Shown here: one piece after another, positions 1-9,792 of the stretch | Layout: every line of letters starts with the position of its first letter | Numbering within the stretch: position 1 is the first letter of the stretch | DNA from: Bacillota bacterium | GTDB lineage: Bacteria > Bacillota > DTU025 | Assembly (NCBI GenBank): GCA_050951805.1 | Contig: JBMNJT010000002.1 | Coordinates: 192,001-256,000 of the forward strand | DNA length: 64,000 bases | Reading direction: 5' to 3' | Notes under the pieces: generated by a model | Seen by the model: the letters and a program-made list of their open reading frames with translations, nothing else | What the model was told of the DNA's origin: nothing | Databases searched by the model: none | Position numbers and translations under genes: made by a program

Positions 1-2
1 TG

Positions 3-614
3 GCTCTTGGATATGCGCAGGAAAGCGTGGGCGTGGGGGTTTACGGGCTGAGCGCTTCGGGCATCGAAGAGACGGATGAGTATGGCAACGTAATCGGAAC
101 CTTCGGCGTGAACGATTTCGTGCTGGCGGCCGGATATGGTCGGGAGGTAGCTTCGGGCCTGAGCCTGGGAGCGACGGTCAAGGTCTACTCCGAGTCGGCG
201 CCGGGCAATGCCGGCAAGGGCATAACCGGGGACGTTGGTGTTCTCTACTCCATGAACGATGGGAAGCTTCGCTTGGGCGCGGTAGGAAGGAACCTTGTAG
301 GCGGTGTCAGATACGAAAGCGGCGCCACCGATGATTTCGAGAGGTCCTTTGGCGCAGGTGTTGCGTACCTCCCCATGGATAACCTCCTCATAGCCGCTGA
401 TGCCGTGTTCGAGGATGGCTTTGCGGGCTGTGCGGGCGTTGAGTATCGAGTAGGCAAGATCGCTCTTCGGGCAGGCGGCAACTACGGGGCCGGCGGGTCT
501 TCGCTTACAGCCGGAGCCGGGTTTGCTGTTGCGAACTTCACGATCGATTATGCCTATCAGTCTCACAGCGTTCTGCCTGACTCGCACAGGCTTTCGCTGG
601 GCGTACGATTCTAG
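3..614 (+). CDS. PorV/PorQ-like outer-membrane beta-barrel protein (5'-partial)
   Basis: Frame is open to the window start. Amphipathic strands, 'ETDEYGNVIGTF', 'DVGVLY', 'GVEY', 'IDYAY', and a C-terminal 'HRLSLGVRF' ending in Phe. Confidence 0.75.
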   Translation, partial: ALGYAQESVGVGVYGLSASGIEETDEYGNVIGTFGVNDFVLAAGYGREVASGLSLGATVKVYSESAPGNAGKGITGDVGVLYSMNDGKLRLGAVGRNLVGGVRYESGATDDFERSFGAGVAYLPMDNLLIAADAVFEDGFAGCAGVEYRVGKIALRAGGNYGAGGSSLTAGAGFAVANFTIDYAYQSHSVLPDSHRLSLGVRF

Positions 615-697
615 TAGAGCTGCGACCGAGTCATAGACTGCACTTCAGGCGGGCTGGCGAACTGGGCCCTGTTTCTGAAGGGCAAAGCAACTATAGT

Positions 698-728
698 GAG
701 GACCCCTCTCTGTGTGAGAGGGGTCTTC
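698..728 (+). terminator. Probable terminator hairpin
   Basis: GAGGACCCCTCTC-TGTGT-GAGAGGGGTCTTC downstream of the barrel gene. Confidence 0.6.
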
Positions 729-1330
729 AAATAACGCATTGTTTTCTATCGAGTAAGCGACACTGAGATCTATGCTAGTCGGAAGAGACCGCACTACCTG
801 GTTGCGGTTGGCCGTGAGATCGAGATGTTGCCTTGTTTCAGGATCCAGACCGGCACTGTGATGAGCCTCATGGTAGTGATAATCGATTTGGCCTGGTTTG
901 CGCTAACCGTTCCAGCGGTCTCAAACTGGGAGGCACCACGTTTCTAGCATGTCTCATGTACTACCCGCCTGACATATGGAGATCGCGGCTAGCCCAGAGC
1001 ATTCCTCGTCAGCGGGGGGCAGAGCATCTATGGTCTTGTGGTGTGGTTCTGGTCTTTGCAGGATTATCCTTTTTGCTTGTTGTGAGGACATCTTAACGTC
1101 ATTCCTGGCGGCTCTACCACAGTCAAGCAATCGGCATGCACGACACTTGAGATCAGTTCACCCCGGAGGTATCACCCGGTGGCAAGGAGAGATGCTGCGA
1201 TCATGGTTACTTTGATGTTTGTGTACTAACGATGCTACGCTGTGCGAAGTAAGCTAGAAGGTTAATGAAGCTCGCGTCTAGAATTAAGCGTCTAGCAGCA
1301 TCCGCTGGGGCGGATAGCTAGGAGGAGAGA

Positions 1331-1822
1331 ATGGTGGGCGGGAACGCTGTTGAAGAAGCGTTTAAGATGATGACTTATGGTGTGTACATAATAGGCACGG
1401 CGGCAGCGGGGAAGATCAATGGCATGACGGCTGCATGGGTCACGCGAGTATCGGTCGATCCCCCATTGCTGCTCGTAGCAATTTCAAAGGGCCATTACAC
1501 TACAGAGCTGATCAGAGCATCGAGGGTTTTCTCAGTAAACTTGGTCAGCCCTCAGCAGGCCGAACTTGCCGCAAAGTGTGGTTCAGTCTCTGGCCGGATA
1601 TGCAACAAGCTTGTTGACGAAGAGATAGAGTACGGCGAAACGGGCGCTCCGATACTGACCGAAGCTGCCGCGTGGCTCGATTGCGAGGAAATTGATGAGT
1701 TCGAATGCGGAGACCACATATGCTTCGTGGGCAGAGTTGTCGGCGCCGGCAAGAGATCGGAGCAGGCGCTGATGTACAGGAAAGGGAGTATGCAGCCGGT
1801 TCCTGCCCAAAACGATGCTTGA
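1331..1822 (+). CDS. Flavin reductase family protein
   Basis: 'TYGVYII', 'NGMTAAW', 'VSVDPP', 'GAPIL', 'GDH' motifs; GGAGG RBS. Confidence 0.9.
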   Translation: MVGGNAVEEAFKMMTYGVYIIGTAAAGKINGMTAAWVTRVSVDPPLLLVAISKGHYTTELIRASRVFSVNLVSPQQAELAAKCGSVSGRICNKLVDEEIEYGETGAPILTEAAAWLDCEEIDEFECGDHICFVGRVVGAGKRSEQALMYRKGSMQPVPAQNDA

Positions 1823-1949
1823 GGAAAGATTGATCGGGGAATAGGCCTTAAGAACAGGTATGAGCCGGAAGGGCCGATGGTCCGCCGCGGTCAGGCGACG
1901 GGATACGGTCACTTCCGGCTTTCCGTTGCGTTGTCGACCGATCTGCTTT

Positions 1950-2633
1950 CTACGTATTCGGCAGACCCTTAACGAAGGTCTGCAGGTGTTGATCGTAATG
2001 CCAATGGCGCCTTCGGGCATCTTCGTCTGTCTCGGTGAATATGAATACGAGTTGTCGTGAATCGTCGCAAATTCCGTCTCCGAGCCTTGCTGATGCATCA
2101 GCGATCGCTCTGTTCATGTTGTCGAGCAGATGCTGAGGTTCGTCCACCCTGTCCACGAAACCGGCGGGACGTAGGAGCACGTTGTAGGAGATCGCAACCT
2201 TAAACGGGTTTCTCGCGTCCATGAGCTTGATGAAGTCGTACACGATTTCTTCATGGGTCCACCCATACTCCATCGTCAGCTCTATCCCTATCTCGGGACT
2301 CTCGTAGTCTCCTATCGCGAAATCAATGAACCCTGCTGATCCATGTTCCTTCGGCCAGTATTCTGTTTCGCCTTCGCCATTTGTCAGCCGCCCGTACCGG
2401 CCATAGTCCAAGTGTGTCTGTTCCTTGTATGTGGGCCATTCAGGATGGAGTTGCACTGGTTGAATAGCCCCTGTCAGGTTGAGCAATCTGAAATCCCAAT
2501 TGAGTATCGCAGAAAGGTAATGGCGAAGATAGTCCTCATTGAGCATGAGATACGGCCCGAGCGACGCGAAGTCGATGGTTCCCGCTATTGCCTTGATGCT
2601 GCTGACTACGTCGGCCGCGGTTATCGATGCCAT
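1950..2633 (-). CDS. Hypothetical protein, possible PD-(D/E)XK-fold nuclease-like
   Basis: 227-aa ORF with 'GFIDFAIG..PEIGIELT' and 'DFIKL'. Confidence 0.5.
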   Translation of the reverse strand: MASITAADVVSSIKAIAGTIDFASLGPYLMLNEDYLRHYLSAILNWDFRLLNLTGAIQPVQLHPEWPTYKEQTHLDYGRYGRLTNGEGETEYWPKEHGSAGFIDFAIGDYESPEIGIELTMEYGWTHEEIVYDFIKLMDARNPFKVAISYNVLLRPAGFVDRVDEPQHLLDNMNRAIADASARLGDGICDDSRQLVFIFTETDEDARRRHWHYDQHLQTFVKGLPNT

Positions 2634-2802
2634 TCATATCGCCCCCTGGCAGTAGTCTAAAACTCCTATGCATGGATGGGCGGTGGCGATGGCATGCATG
2701 AGCCTGAACGCAACCGCCATGTTCCTGCTTCGAGTTCTTGTTGGTTCTTCGCCATCGAGTTCCATATACCTTCGTCCGCCAGGGTGAGCAGACCGCGCGA
2801 TC

Positions 2803-3387
2803 CTACTCTGATTCCTGTTCGAGCTTCCACTCTCCGTTATGGTAGCTGTACCACAAAGCCCGCTTGTGCGAAGATTGGGCATCTGCTCCCCCTTCGGTCG
2901 AGAAAACGGGGAAGGATCTGACGACCTTGTTGTTGTCAACTGAATAGTCGTCGTGCCCTCTGTACCCAGCCTTCTGTGCTTCGGTCAGATCGGGGAATGG
3001 CTGCTCTCTCAATTCGGGCTCGTTCCATTCGTACACGTGCAAGGCCCCGCGCTTCTCTTCATCCGGGGACACACTCCATACCAGCACTTCGAACTTGTCA
3101 TTGGAGTCGAGATCCGTAACCCACGATGTATAAACAGGGTCAGTCTCGAAGACCGTCGAGACGGTCTTCATTCCAGTGCGTGCCACAGTTATCTTGCCTT
3201 CTTCAGGAGCAGTCGTATCCTTTGCCTTGGCGACTGAGGACACAGTAATCCTGTACGGGCCAAATGTATCCTCCTTGGAATAACTCGCAGCAGGCTTTTT
3301 CTGAAAAATGCCTGTATCGGGGCAGCCTGCAGTAAGAAGGCTAAGACCTACAGCGAATAGTAGAAGCGCCACAATCCGTTTTCTCAT
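2803..3387 (-). CDS. Lipoprotein resembling PliI-family lysozyme inhibitors
   Basis: Start MRKRIVALL with GGAGG RBS and lipobox LTAGC; 'DLDSNDKFEV', 'GYRGHD', 'RSFPVF'. Confidence 0.55.
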   Translation of the reverse strand: MRKRIVALLLFAVGLSLLTAGCPDTGIFQKKPAASYSKEDTFGPYRITVSSVAKAKDTTAPEEGKITVARTGMKTVSTVFETDPVYTSWVTDLDSNDKFEVLVWSVSPDEEKRGALHVYEWNEPELREQPFPDLTEAQKAGYRGHDDYSVDNNKVVRSFPVFSTEGGADAQSSHKRALWYSYHNGEWKLEQESE

Positions 3388-3945
3388 TTCTGTTCCTCCC
3401 TTATGCATTTGGAATAGTGCACTCGCGGGCACAGCTATTATTCCCAAAAGTGGCACTTGCATAACCACAGTGAAGAAATTGTGAGGGAGGAGGAGGGAAG
3501 CCATGGGATCAGGATGAGCTGGCGGTTGATTGGGAGCATGAAGCTGACGTTACGTGTGTGGGTTTTGCCATGATGTCATCTTGGTCGAAACCCGATCGTC
3601 CCTCGGGCAGCAGAACCATGTTTGAACTCTGAAGCTGGTGCCGCTTCGCCGAGCTCCAGACTATTTCTGAAAGAAGATTGCCATGAGTTCGCATTTGGGT
3701 TTCACCTTGCACTTGGGGTCTGTTTATGCACCGGGTATTGCCATAAGGAGGCAGACTCCGTTTTGATGCTGTGGGACATGGCTAAAACTTGAACACTTGC
3801 AATTGAAAAAGATGTAAAAGCTAGACATGCCCCCCAAACATTTGCCCCGGAGCCCGGCAGAGAGAAGCTGGCTATATGATGATGGCGCTCTGGTCGCAGG
3901 TTTGCGCGGAGAAGCACCTGCACAGAGATAACAGACGAGGACTAT

Positions 3946-5187
3946 CTATTCGCGCGCCAGCGCCTTGACTTCATCATACACCGCCTTCAGCGGAACCCCG
4001 TACTCCTTAGCAAGCTTCCTGCAATCCTCATACTCCGGCGCGACATTGACGAGTCTATCGCCGAATCGCGCCACTTTCACCCGTACGACTCCATACTCCG
4101 TAGAGACATTGATCCATTCGCGCTGGGTCGTCCGCCGTGAGACTTCTTGGATGCGCACGCCCAGGGTCGTAGTCTCTTCGAAAAGCGTAGTTGTCACAAT
4201 ATCCAGTGCTGTGCGGGGAGTGAGCACCGTAATGAGATGTCCGGGGCGTCCTTTCTTCATCAGCACGGGGGTTACGAACGCGTCAAGGGCGCCCCTTTTC
4301 AGCAGAAGATCCATCACGTGCTCGTAAAACTCCGGGTTCATGTCATCGATGTTGCATTCCACAGTGACCAGGTCGCATGCTGCGTCTCCATCCTCAGTGG
4401 AATAATGCTGCATCGTCTTGCCGATGAGCACCCGAAGCAGGTTGGGAATCTCAAAATCGTGCCGCCCGGCCCCGTATCCTATTCGCTCTATGCTTATCTC
4501 AGGTATGGGCCCGAAGGATTCCGCGAGGGTAGTGATGATTGCCGCGCCGGTTGGCGTGGCAAGCTCTCCTCGAACGCCGGTGGCGTACACCGGAACGTTG
4601 CGGAGCAGCTCGGCGGTGGCAGGCGCCGGCACGGGCAGGGTGCCGTGGGCGCACCTCACGAGGCCTGTCCCTACATGGATGGGCGATGCGAATACCCTCT
4701 CCACTCCCATAATTCTCAGGCCTGCAACAGCGCCTACCACGTCAACAACCGTATCTATCGCGCCTACCTCGTGGAAATGCACGCGGTCGACGGGAATCCC
4801 GTGAACTAATGCTTCGGCTTCTGCAAGGCGCCGGAAGATGGCGCGACTCGTTTCGCGAACCTCCGCATCCAGGCCGCTCCCATCGAGCAGCTTTTCTATG
4901 GCCGAGAGGTTTCTGAATAAAGTGTCGTGATCATGGCCGTGATGATGGTCATGAGAATGCTCGCGGTCGCGCTTTTGGTGGGCTTCGGCCGTTATGACCT
5001 CAACGTGTGTGCCGCCGATGCCTTTCCGCAGCACTTTGCTGACTGCGAGGTCGAAGTGTTCGAGCCCGCCCTGCTCGAGCCGGGAAAGCTCTGAAAGGAG
5101 ATCATCCGGGTCAAGCCCTGCATCGATGAGGGCGCCCAGAATCATGTCGCCGCTGATGCCGCTATAACAGTCGAAATAGGCTATCAT
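3946..5187 (-). CDS. larC: Nickel pincer cofactor biosynthesis protein LarC (Ni insertase)
   Basis: 'YFDCYSGISGDM', His-rich insert, 'HFHEVGA', 'PVPAPAT', 'NIDDMNPE', 'MKKGRPG', 'PEYEDC'. Confidence 0.95.
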   Translation of the reverse strand: MIAYFDCYSGISGDMILGALIDAGLDPDDLLSELSRLEQGGLEHFDLAVSKVLRKGIGGTHVEVITAEAHQKRDREHSHDHHHGHDHDTLFRNLSAIEKLLDGSGLDAEVRETSRAIFRRLAEAEALVHGIPVDRVHFHEVGAIDTVVDVVGAVAGLRIMGVERVFASPIHVGTGLVRCAHGTLPVPAPATAELLRNVPVYATGVRGELATPTGAAIITTLAESFGPIPEISIERIGYGAGRHDFEIPNLLRVLIGKTMQHYSTEDGDAACDLVTVECNIDDMNPEFYEHVMDLLLKRGALDAFVTPVLMKKGRPGHLITVLTPRTALDIVTTTLFEETTTLGVRIQEVSRRTTQREWINVSTEYGVVRVKVARFGDRLVNVAPEYEDCRKLAKEYGVPLKAVYDEVKALARE

Positions 5188-5200
5188 CAGTGAATGCCTC

Positions 5201-5974
5201 CTAAATGGGGTCGGGATTATCCTCGCCCAACCGGTTGATTATCGACGCGAGGTATCCTGCGCCGAAACCGTTGTCGATGTTGACCACTGACACTCCGGCA
5301 GCGCAGCTGTTCAACATGGTCAGAAGGGGAGCCAGTCCGCCGAAACTGGCGCCATAGCCCACGCTGGTGGGGACTCCGATGACTGGCTTGTCTACCAGGC
5401 CGGCAATTATGCTGGCGAGAGCGCCTTCCATTCCTGCCACAACTATGAGCACCCGTGCTGACCGGAGCAGATCGACTTTATCGAGCAGGCGGTGAATGCC
5501 TGCCACACCGACGTCATACAGGCGTTCCACCTTGTTACCCATGATCTCTGCAGTTACCGCCGCCTCTTCCGCAACAGGCATGTCGGAAGTCCCCGCGGCC
5601 GCTACGAGCACCATCCCTTCGGTGGGGGTCGGCAGATCCCGCTGGACGGATATGATGTGCGCTGTTTCATGGTAGACTGCGTCAGGTGCTACTTGGCGGA
5701 CGGCATCGAAGGTGTCTGTGTCTGCGCGAGTTGCCAAGAGTACTGAGGCTCCCCGATCCAAGATGGCCTGGGCTATCCGCGCTACCTGCTCAGGTGTTTT
5801 GCCACTCGAGTATATTACCTCCGGGAACCTGGTTCGAAGATTGCGGTGGTGATCGACCTTGGCGAAACCGAGGTCTTCGTATGGCAACATGCGGAGCTCC
5901 TCCAGGGCTTCGCCGGGGTCTATGTCGCCGTCCCTTACCGATTCGAGGAGAAGCAATATGCTCTTGGGATCCAT
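5201..5974 (-). CDS. larB: Nickel pincer cofactor biosynthesis protein LarB (NaAD carboxylase/hydrolase)
   Basis: 'AKVDHHR', 'AGTSD', 'DVGVAG', 'AGMEGAL', 'PTSVGYG', 'NIDNGFGA'. Start is 5974 or 5983. Confidence 0.93.
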   Translation of the reverse strand: MDPKSILLLLESVRDGDIDPGEALEELRMLPYEDLGFAKVDHHRNLRTRFPEVIYSSGKTPEQVARIAQAILDRGASVLLATRADTDTFDAVRQVAPDAVYHETAHIISVQRDLPTPTEGMVLVAAAGTSDMPVAEEAAVTAEIMGNKVERLYDVGVAGIHRLLDKVDLLRSARVLIVVAGMEGALASIIAGLVDKPVIGVPTSVGYGASFGGLAPLLTMLNSCAAGVSVVNIDNGFGAGYLASIINRLGEDNPDPI

Positions 5975-6008
5975 CGTGTGCATCGCCCCTTTCAACGCTT
6001 CGCCATAG

Positions 6009-6923
6009 TCAGGGCTCGAGTAGCCGGTTGAGGTTGCCCTGGGAATAGCCGCCCAGATCGAGGGCGACGTATGTGAAACCCAGCTGTCTGAAGAATTCCG
6101 AGATGGATCTGGCGTGATCCACGATGCAGTGCATGAGTTCGGGTGTGACCTCCACCCGCGCCGTGTCGCCATGGTGGCGCACGCGAAGCTGTATATGGTC
6201 AGAATCTTTGGACAATAGCATCCGGATGAAATCTTCGGCCAACTGAACCTGGTCGAGCTTGGCCTGGGTGATCGTGTGACCGTAGGGTATCCGTGTAGCC
6301 AAGCACGGGCTGGCTGGCTTGTTCGCGGTCTCAAGATGCATCCTTCGGGAGAGTGTGCGGACTTCCTGCTTAGTCAACCCTGCGCCCCTCAGCGGACTTT
6401 CGATCCCCAGCTCTGTAAGGGCCGCCATGCCGGGGCGGTAGTCCGATGCATCATCAGCATTGGATCCGTCAATCACATAGGGTATCCCGCGTTGTTGGGC
6501 CAGGGAGAGCAGGGCTTCAAAGATGGCGCGCTTGCACGTATGGCATCGGTCGGAAGGGTTGCTCGCAAACCTGGGAATGCCTAGAAGATCGAGGTGGACA
6601 ACTTCGTGTTCAATGCCGAGCCCGTCTGCAAATCGCCGAGCTTGATCCAGTTCTGTTCTGCTGTGAACAGGGGAGGATATCGTTGCGGCAACCACTTTTC
6701 CTCTAAGCACCATGTGGGCAGTTGCGAGCAGGAACGCGCTGTCGGCCCCGCCGGAGAAGGCCACGAGCGCGCTCCCCATCTCAGCGAGTATGCTTTCTAA
6801 GTTGTCCAGCTTGGCCTCGAGGGCATTGCCAGAATCAGAGCTGCAATGGGGGCTGTAGTCGCGATGCGAGGGATGGGAAACGCAATTGCCCGGGCAGTGC
6901 CCTTTCGGCGCATGTTCAGGCAT
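6009..6923 (-). CDS. larE: ATP-dependent sulfur transferase LarE
   Basis: PP-loop 'AFSGGADS', 'CHTCK', 'DYRPG', 'SPCLATRIPYG', 'RVRHHG'; strong GGAGG RBS before 6923. Confidence 0.93.
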   Translation of the reverse strand: MPEHAPKGHCPGNCVSHPSHRDYSPHCSSDSGNALEAKLDNLESILAEMGSALVAFSGGADSAFLLATAHMVLRGKVVAATISSPVHSRTELDQARRFADGLGIEHEVVHLDLLGIPRFASNPSDRCHTCKRAIFEALLSLAQQRGIPYVIDGSNADDASDYRPGMAALTELGIESPLRGAGLTKQEVRTLSRRMHLETANKPASPCLATRIPYGHTITQAKLDQVQLAEDFIRMLLSKDSDHIQLRVRHHGDTARVEVTPELMHCIVDHARSISEFFRQLGFTYVALDLGGYSQGNLNRLLEP

Positions 6924-7033
6924 CTGTCAGTGCCTCCTTTCCGGGTTGGGGCTTGGGGCCCCGTAAACCCCCTCGCAGGGAGCATCGTTGCCGTTCAGCC
7001 TGACAGATAGATCATGTAGGGCGCCGGCTGGTG

Positions 7034-7366
7034 CTATTCTGCATCCTTCCTGTGGACGATTCCAGCGACTTTGCTGGCATCCAGCACGAATGCAATTCCA
7101 GTCCCCGGTTTTTCCAGTTGTCCGGCAGCGACGACTGCTTCCATCACTGCATCAGTGCGGCTACGCGGGATGAGGGTCAAAACCACCTCTTTTTCGGGCT
7201 CAATCAGAATCCCGAAGAAGGTCTTCTGTTCATGCACCCCGGTGCCCCGTCCGTAGAGGATAGTGCCGCCTTCGGCGCCTGCGCGCCGAGACGCCTCAAC
7301 AACTTCGTCCGCCCAACCTTTATTGATTATCGTTACGATGAGGTCGTATTCTTCTGACACGCGCAT
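7034..7366 (-). CDS. P-II family regulatory protein
   Basis: 'AGAEGGTILYGRGTG', 'EPEKE', 'PGTGIAFV'. Confidence 0.88.
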   Translation of the reverse strand: MRVSEEYDLIVTIINKGWADEVVEASRRAGAEGGTILYGRGTGVHEQKTFFGILIEPEKEVVLTLIPRSRTDAVMEAVVAAGQLEKPGTGIAFVLDASKVAGIVHRKDAE

Positions 7367-8103
7367 TTCCTCCCGTCTTCTTTTTTCGAGTTCCTCTTAA
7401 AGATGAAGCTCATGCCCTCCACGGCGAGCGTGGAAGCGAGAGCGATCAAGCATACGAGACCAAAGCCTGCATTCATGGTGGGCCCTCCCAGTTTTTCGGC
7501 GGCGATTCCCAGGCCAAGCGACATAAGGAAGGTGACTGTCAACGGCCCTGTGGCCACGGCGCCTGAGTCAAAGGCGATAGCGGCAAAGGCCGGATCAACC
7601 CATTTGAGCAGAATGAGAGCTATAATGTAACCGGGTATGATTATCCATGTCAGTGCGATGCCGCGGGCGATAAAATAGTAGCCCAGTCCCACCAGCACAG
7701 CAACTCCGCTGGCCATTGTGCGGAGAAGGACCGATTCGCGTATAGACCCTGCCGAGGCCTTTTCCACTTCACCGCTGAGCACCCGGGCTGACGGTTCCGC
7801 GAGAACCACCAGAAGCCCTAAGATGAATCCCACAGGAAGAGCGTAAATAGGATTGGACAGCCCGCCTATTTTCGCGCCCAGCATTTTTCCGATAGGAAGG
7901 AATGCTATGTTCACTCCCTGCAGGAAAATGGAGAGCCCGATGAACGTCGATATCATTCCCACGACAACTTTGCGCATGAACGTGCGCGGCAGCTTCAAAA
8001 AGAAGGTTTGGAATATGAAGAATAGAATTGCCAGGGGAATCAGGGTCATGCCTACTTCCGCCATGACTGCGGGGAAGCCCTGAAAGACGATGATCTCGCC
8101 CAT
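7333..8103 (-). CDS. DUF1538 family membrane protein
   Basis: Multi-TM; 'LAEP', 'AFDSGAVATGPLTV', 'GFGLV'. TGATG overlap with the upstream paralog. Confidence 0.85.
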   Translation of the reverse strand: MGEIIVFQGFPAVMAEVGMTLIPLAILFFIFQTFFLKLPRTFMRKVVVGMISTFIGLSIFLQGVNIAFLPIGKMLGAKIGGLSNPIYALPVGFILGLLVVLAEPSARVLSGEVEKASAGSIRESVLLRTMASGVAVLVGLGYYFIARGIALTWIIIPGYIIALILLKWVDPAFAAIAFDSGAVATGPLTVTFLMSLGLGIAAEKLGGPTMNAGFGLVCLIALASTLAVEGMSFIFKRNSKKEDGRKCACQKNTTSS

Positions 8104-8795
8104 CAGATGAACACCCCCCAGATCATGAGGACCAGGATTGGCCCTAAAGTAGCCAAACCGACGAGTCCGAATCCGTCCGCCAGCGATTGCTTGCGCTGAA
8201 GAACTGATGCGGTGCCCAGTCCCAGCGATATGATGCATGGTACTGCCATCGGGCCAGTCGATACGCTGCCCGAGTCAAAGAAGAACGGTACCAATTCGGG
8301 TTTGGTGAAGAAGGACAGAATTATCGCTGTAGAATAGGCCCCTAGGAAAATGTATTTTATAGGAACGTTCAGAACTATCCGGAGTATGGCGACAGTTACC
8401 AGCAGGCCCATACCTGCGGAGATGAAAATCGCCAGAAAGTCGGAATTGATGCCCGCGTCCGGGAAGGACGCAACCTGCGACACAAGCACGTGCACCGAAG
8501 GATCTGCAATGGTGACACTGAATGTAAAGATAAAGGACGTGGCCACCAGCAGCGCCATTGAGCCATGGCGAGGCAGGTAGGCGCCGATCATCTCGCCCAT
8601 TGGCAACAGCGCGATTCGTGTGCCCCGCAGGAACAGAAAAAGCCCTACTGTAGTGAAAAATGCGCCGATAAGGAGCTGTATAAGGTTAGTCCATGAGAAG
8701 CCCAAGAAGATGATGCTCAGTACGGCCACTGCGATAGTGAGAGGCGCTACTGCTGCTACAACTTCTGCGATGGCTTCTTGGAGCGGAGTAGACAC
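8103..8795 (-). CDS. DUF1538 family membrane protein
   Basis: Multi-TM; 'IADP', 'FDSGSVSTGPM', 'DGFGLVG'. Confidence 0.85.
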   Translation of the reverse strand: MSTPLQEAIAEVVAAVAPLTIAVAVLSIIFLGFSWTNLIQLLIGAFFTTVGLFLFLRGTRIALLPMGEMIGAYLPRHGSMALLVATSFIFTFSVTIADPSVHVLVSQVASFPDAGINSDFLAIFISAGMGLLVTVAILRIVLNVPIKYIFLGAYSTAIILSFFTKPELVPFFFDSGSVSTGPMAVPCIISLGLGTASVLQRKQSLADGFGLVGLATLGPILVLMIWGVFI

Positions 8796-8953
8796 TGGGC
8801 AATCTCCTTTCCGAGTGTAATGAGTTTTGTTAGATGGGCTACTCCCCTATTATCGCATATATGAGAGCAAGGGGGAAATTCGGAGCTGTTCGCTTGCTCG
8901 AGGATGTCTTGGGGTTCCACCCGCCAGGGAGGCAACGTTCTGATGCAACGGCC

Positions 8954-9580
8954 TCAATCGAAATCCGTGGGCGCTTGGGGGTCAGCGTGAAGCTGAAAAA
9001 GGCGGCGGATTTCGTCTGGAGTCACGCGCGGTATGGAGAGATTGGGAATGCGACCTGATGGAAAGAACTCCACTGCATCAGTCTCCATGCCATCGGGGGA
9101 AGGCGTAGAGGGCTCCCCGATTATTTCACATTCGAAAAAGAGCTTGTAGATGTGATAAGGCGCTGGCGGATGCGGGTGCTTCCCCCGATCATATAAGGCC
9201 AGAAGCCTCGATGCCCGTACTCTGTAACCTGATTCCTCGAATACTTCGCGTTCCACGGCTTCGCTCGGAGACTCGCCTATTTCTGCCCATCCTCCAGGAA
9301 GAGTCCAGCACCCATCGGCCTTTTCTTTCACTAGGAGAATTGAGCTATCTGCGAATATGGCTCCCCGCACATCGATTTTCGGGGTGGCATACCCGGTTTC
9401 CAATGTGTAGATATCCCGGACTATCTCGGGATCGGCATGGGCTTGCTCACTCATCATCTCTGTGGCGATGGATCTGATAAGCTCGTATCTTTCGATATCG
9501 TAAGGGCCATGTGCATAAGAGAGCCCGTTCTGTGCGACCGCCTGAAGTCGAAGGCCCCATTTCAGCCACTTCGGGTCCAT
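8954..9580 (-). CDS. NUDIX hydrolase with Nudix_N domain
   Basis: 'AQNGL..YDIERY', 'GYATPK', Nudix box 'PGGWAEIGES...REVFEESG'. Confidence 0.92.
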   Translation of the reverse strand: MDPKWLKWGLRLQAVAQNGLSYAHGPYDIERYELIRSIATEMMSEQAHADPEIVRDIYTLETGYATPKIDVRGAIFADSSILLVKEKADGCWTLPGGWAEIGESPSEAVEREVFEESGYRVRASRLLALYDRGKHPHPPAPYHIYKLFFECEIIGEPSTPSPDGMETDAVEFFPSGRIPNLSIPRVTPDEIRRLFQLHADPQAPTDFD

Positions 9581-9766
9581 GATTCGCTCCCCCTTCCCTT
9601 AACTTGCAAGTTCTCCGGATTGCCCGAGACTCCTGCCGGCATGTCTTCCCAAGTCATCTGCAACTGCCTGAAACATCGCCGAGTCTGCTATGGGGGATGG
9701 GCAGGAAACGCAGTAGGGCGGGAGGACTCATCGCTTAAACGTTAAAGGAATCTGACCGAATAATGG

Positions 9767-9792
9767 AGGATATGCGTATTGCGATGACGAAT
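9767..9792 (+). promoter_or_regulatory. SigH-like promoter
   Basis: AGGA-N18-GAAT (AGGATAT...GACGAAT) about 65 nt upstream of the GH65 start. Confidence 0.5.

Noticed and set aside
833-1215. Short ORFs 833..1096 and 976..1215
   Set aside because: No convincing RBS or family motif; possibly decayed sequence.
3565-3744. Three TTGCCAT copies (3565, 3678, 3738), considered as an operator array or c-di-GMP riboswitch
   Set aside because: Spacing is irregular, the match is short, and the rest of the riboswitch architecture is absent.
5984-6334. N-terminal extension of the 377-aa ORF as part of LarB
   Set aside because: It overlaps larE in another frame; LarB similarity and the RBS begin near 5974-5983.
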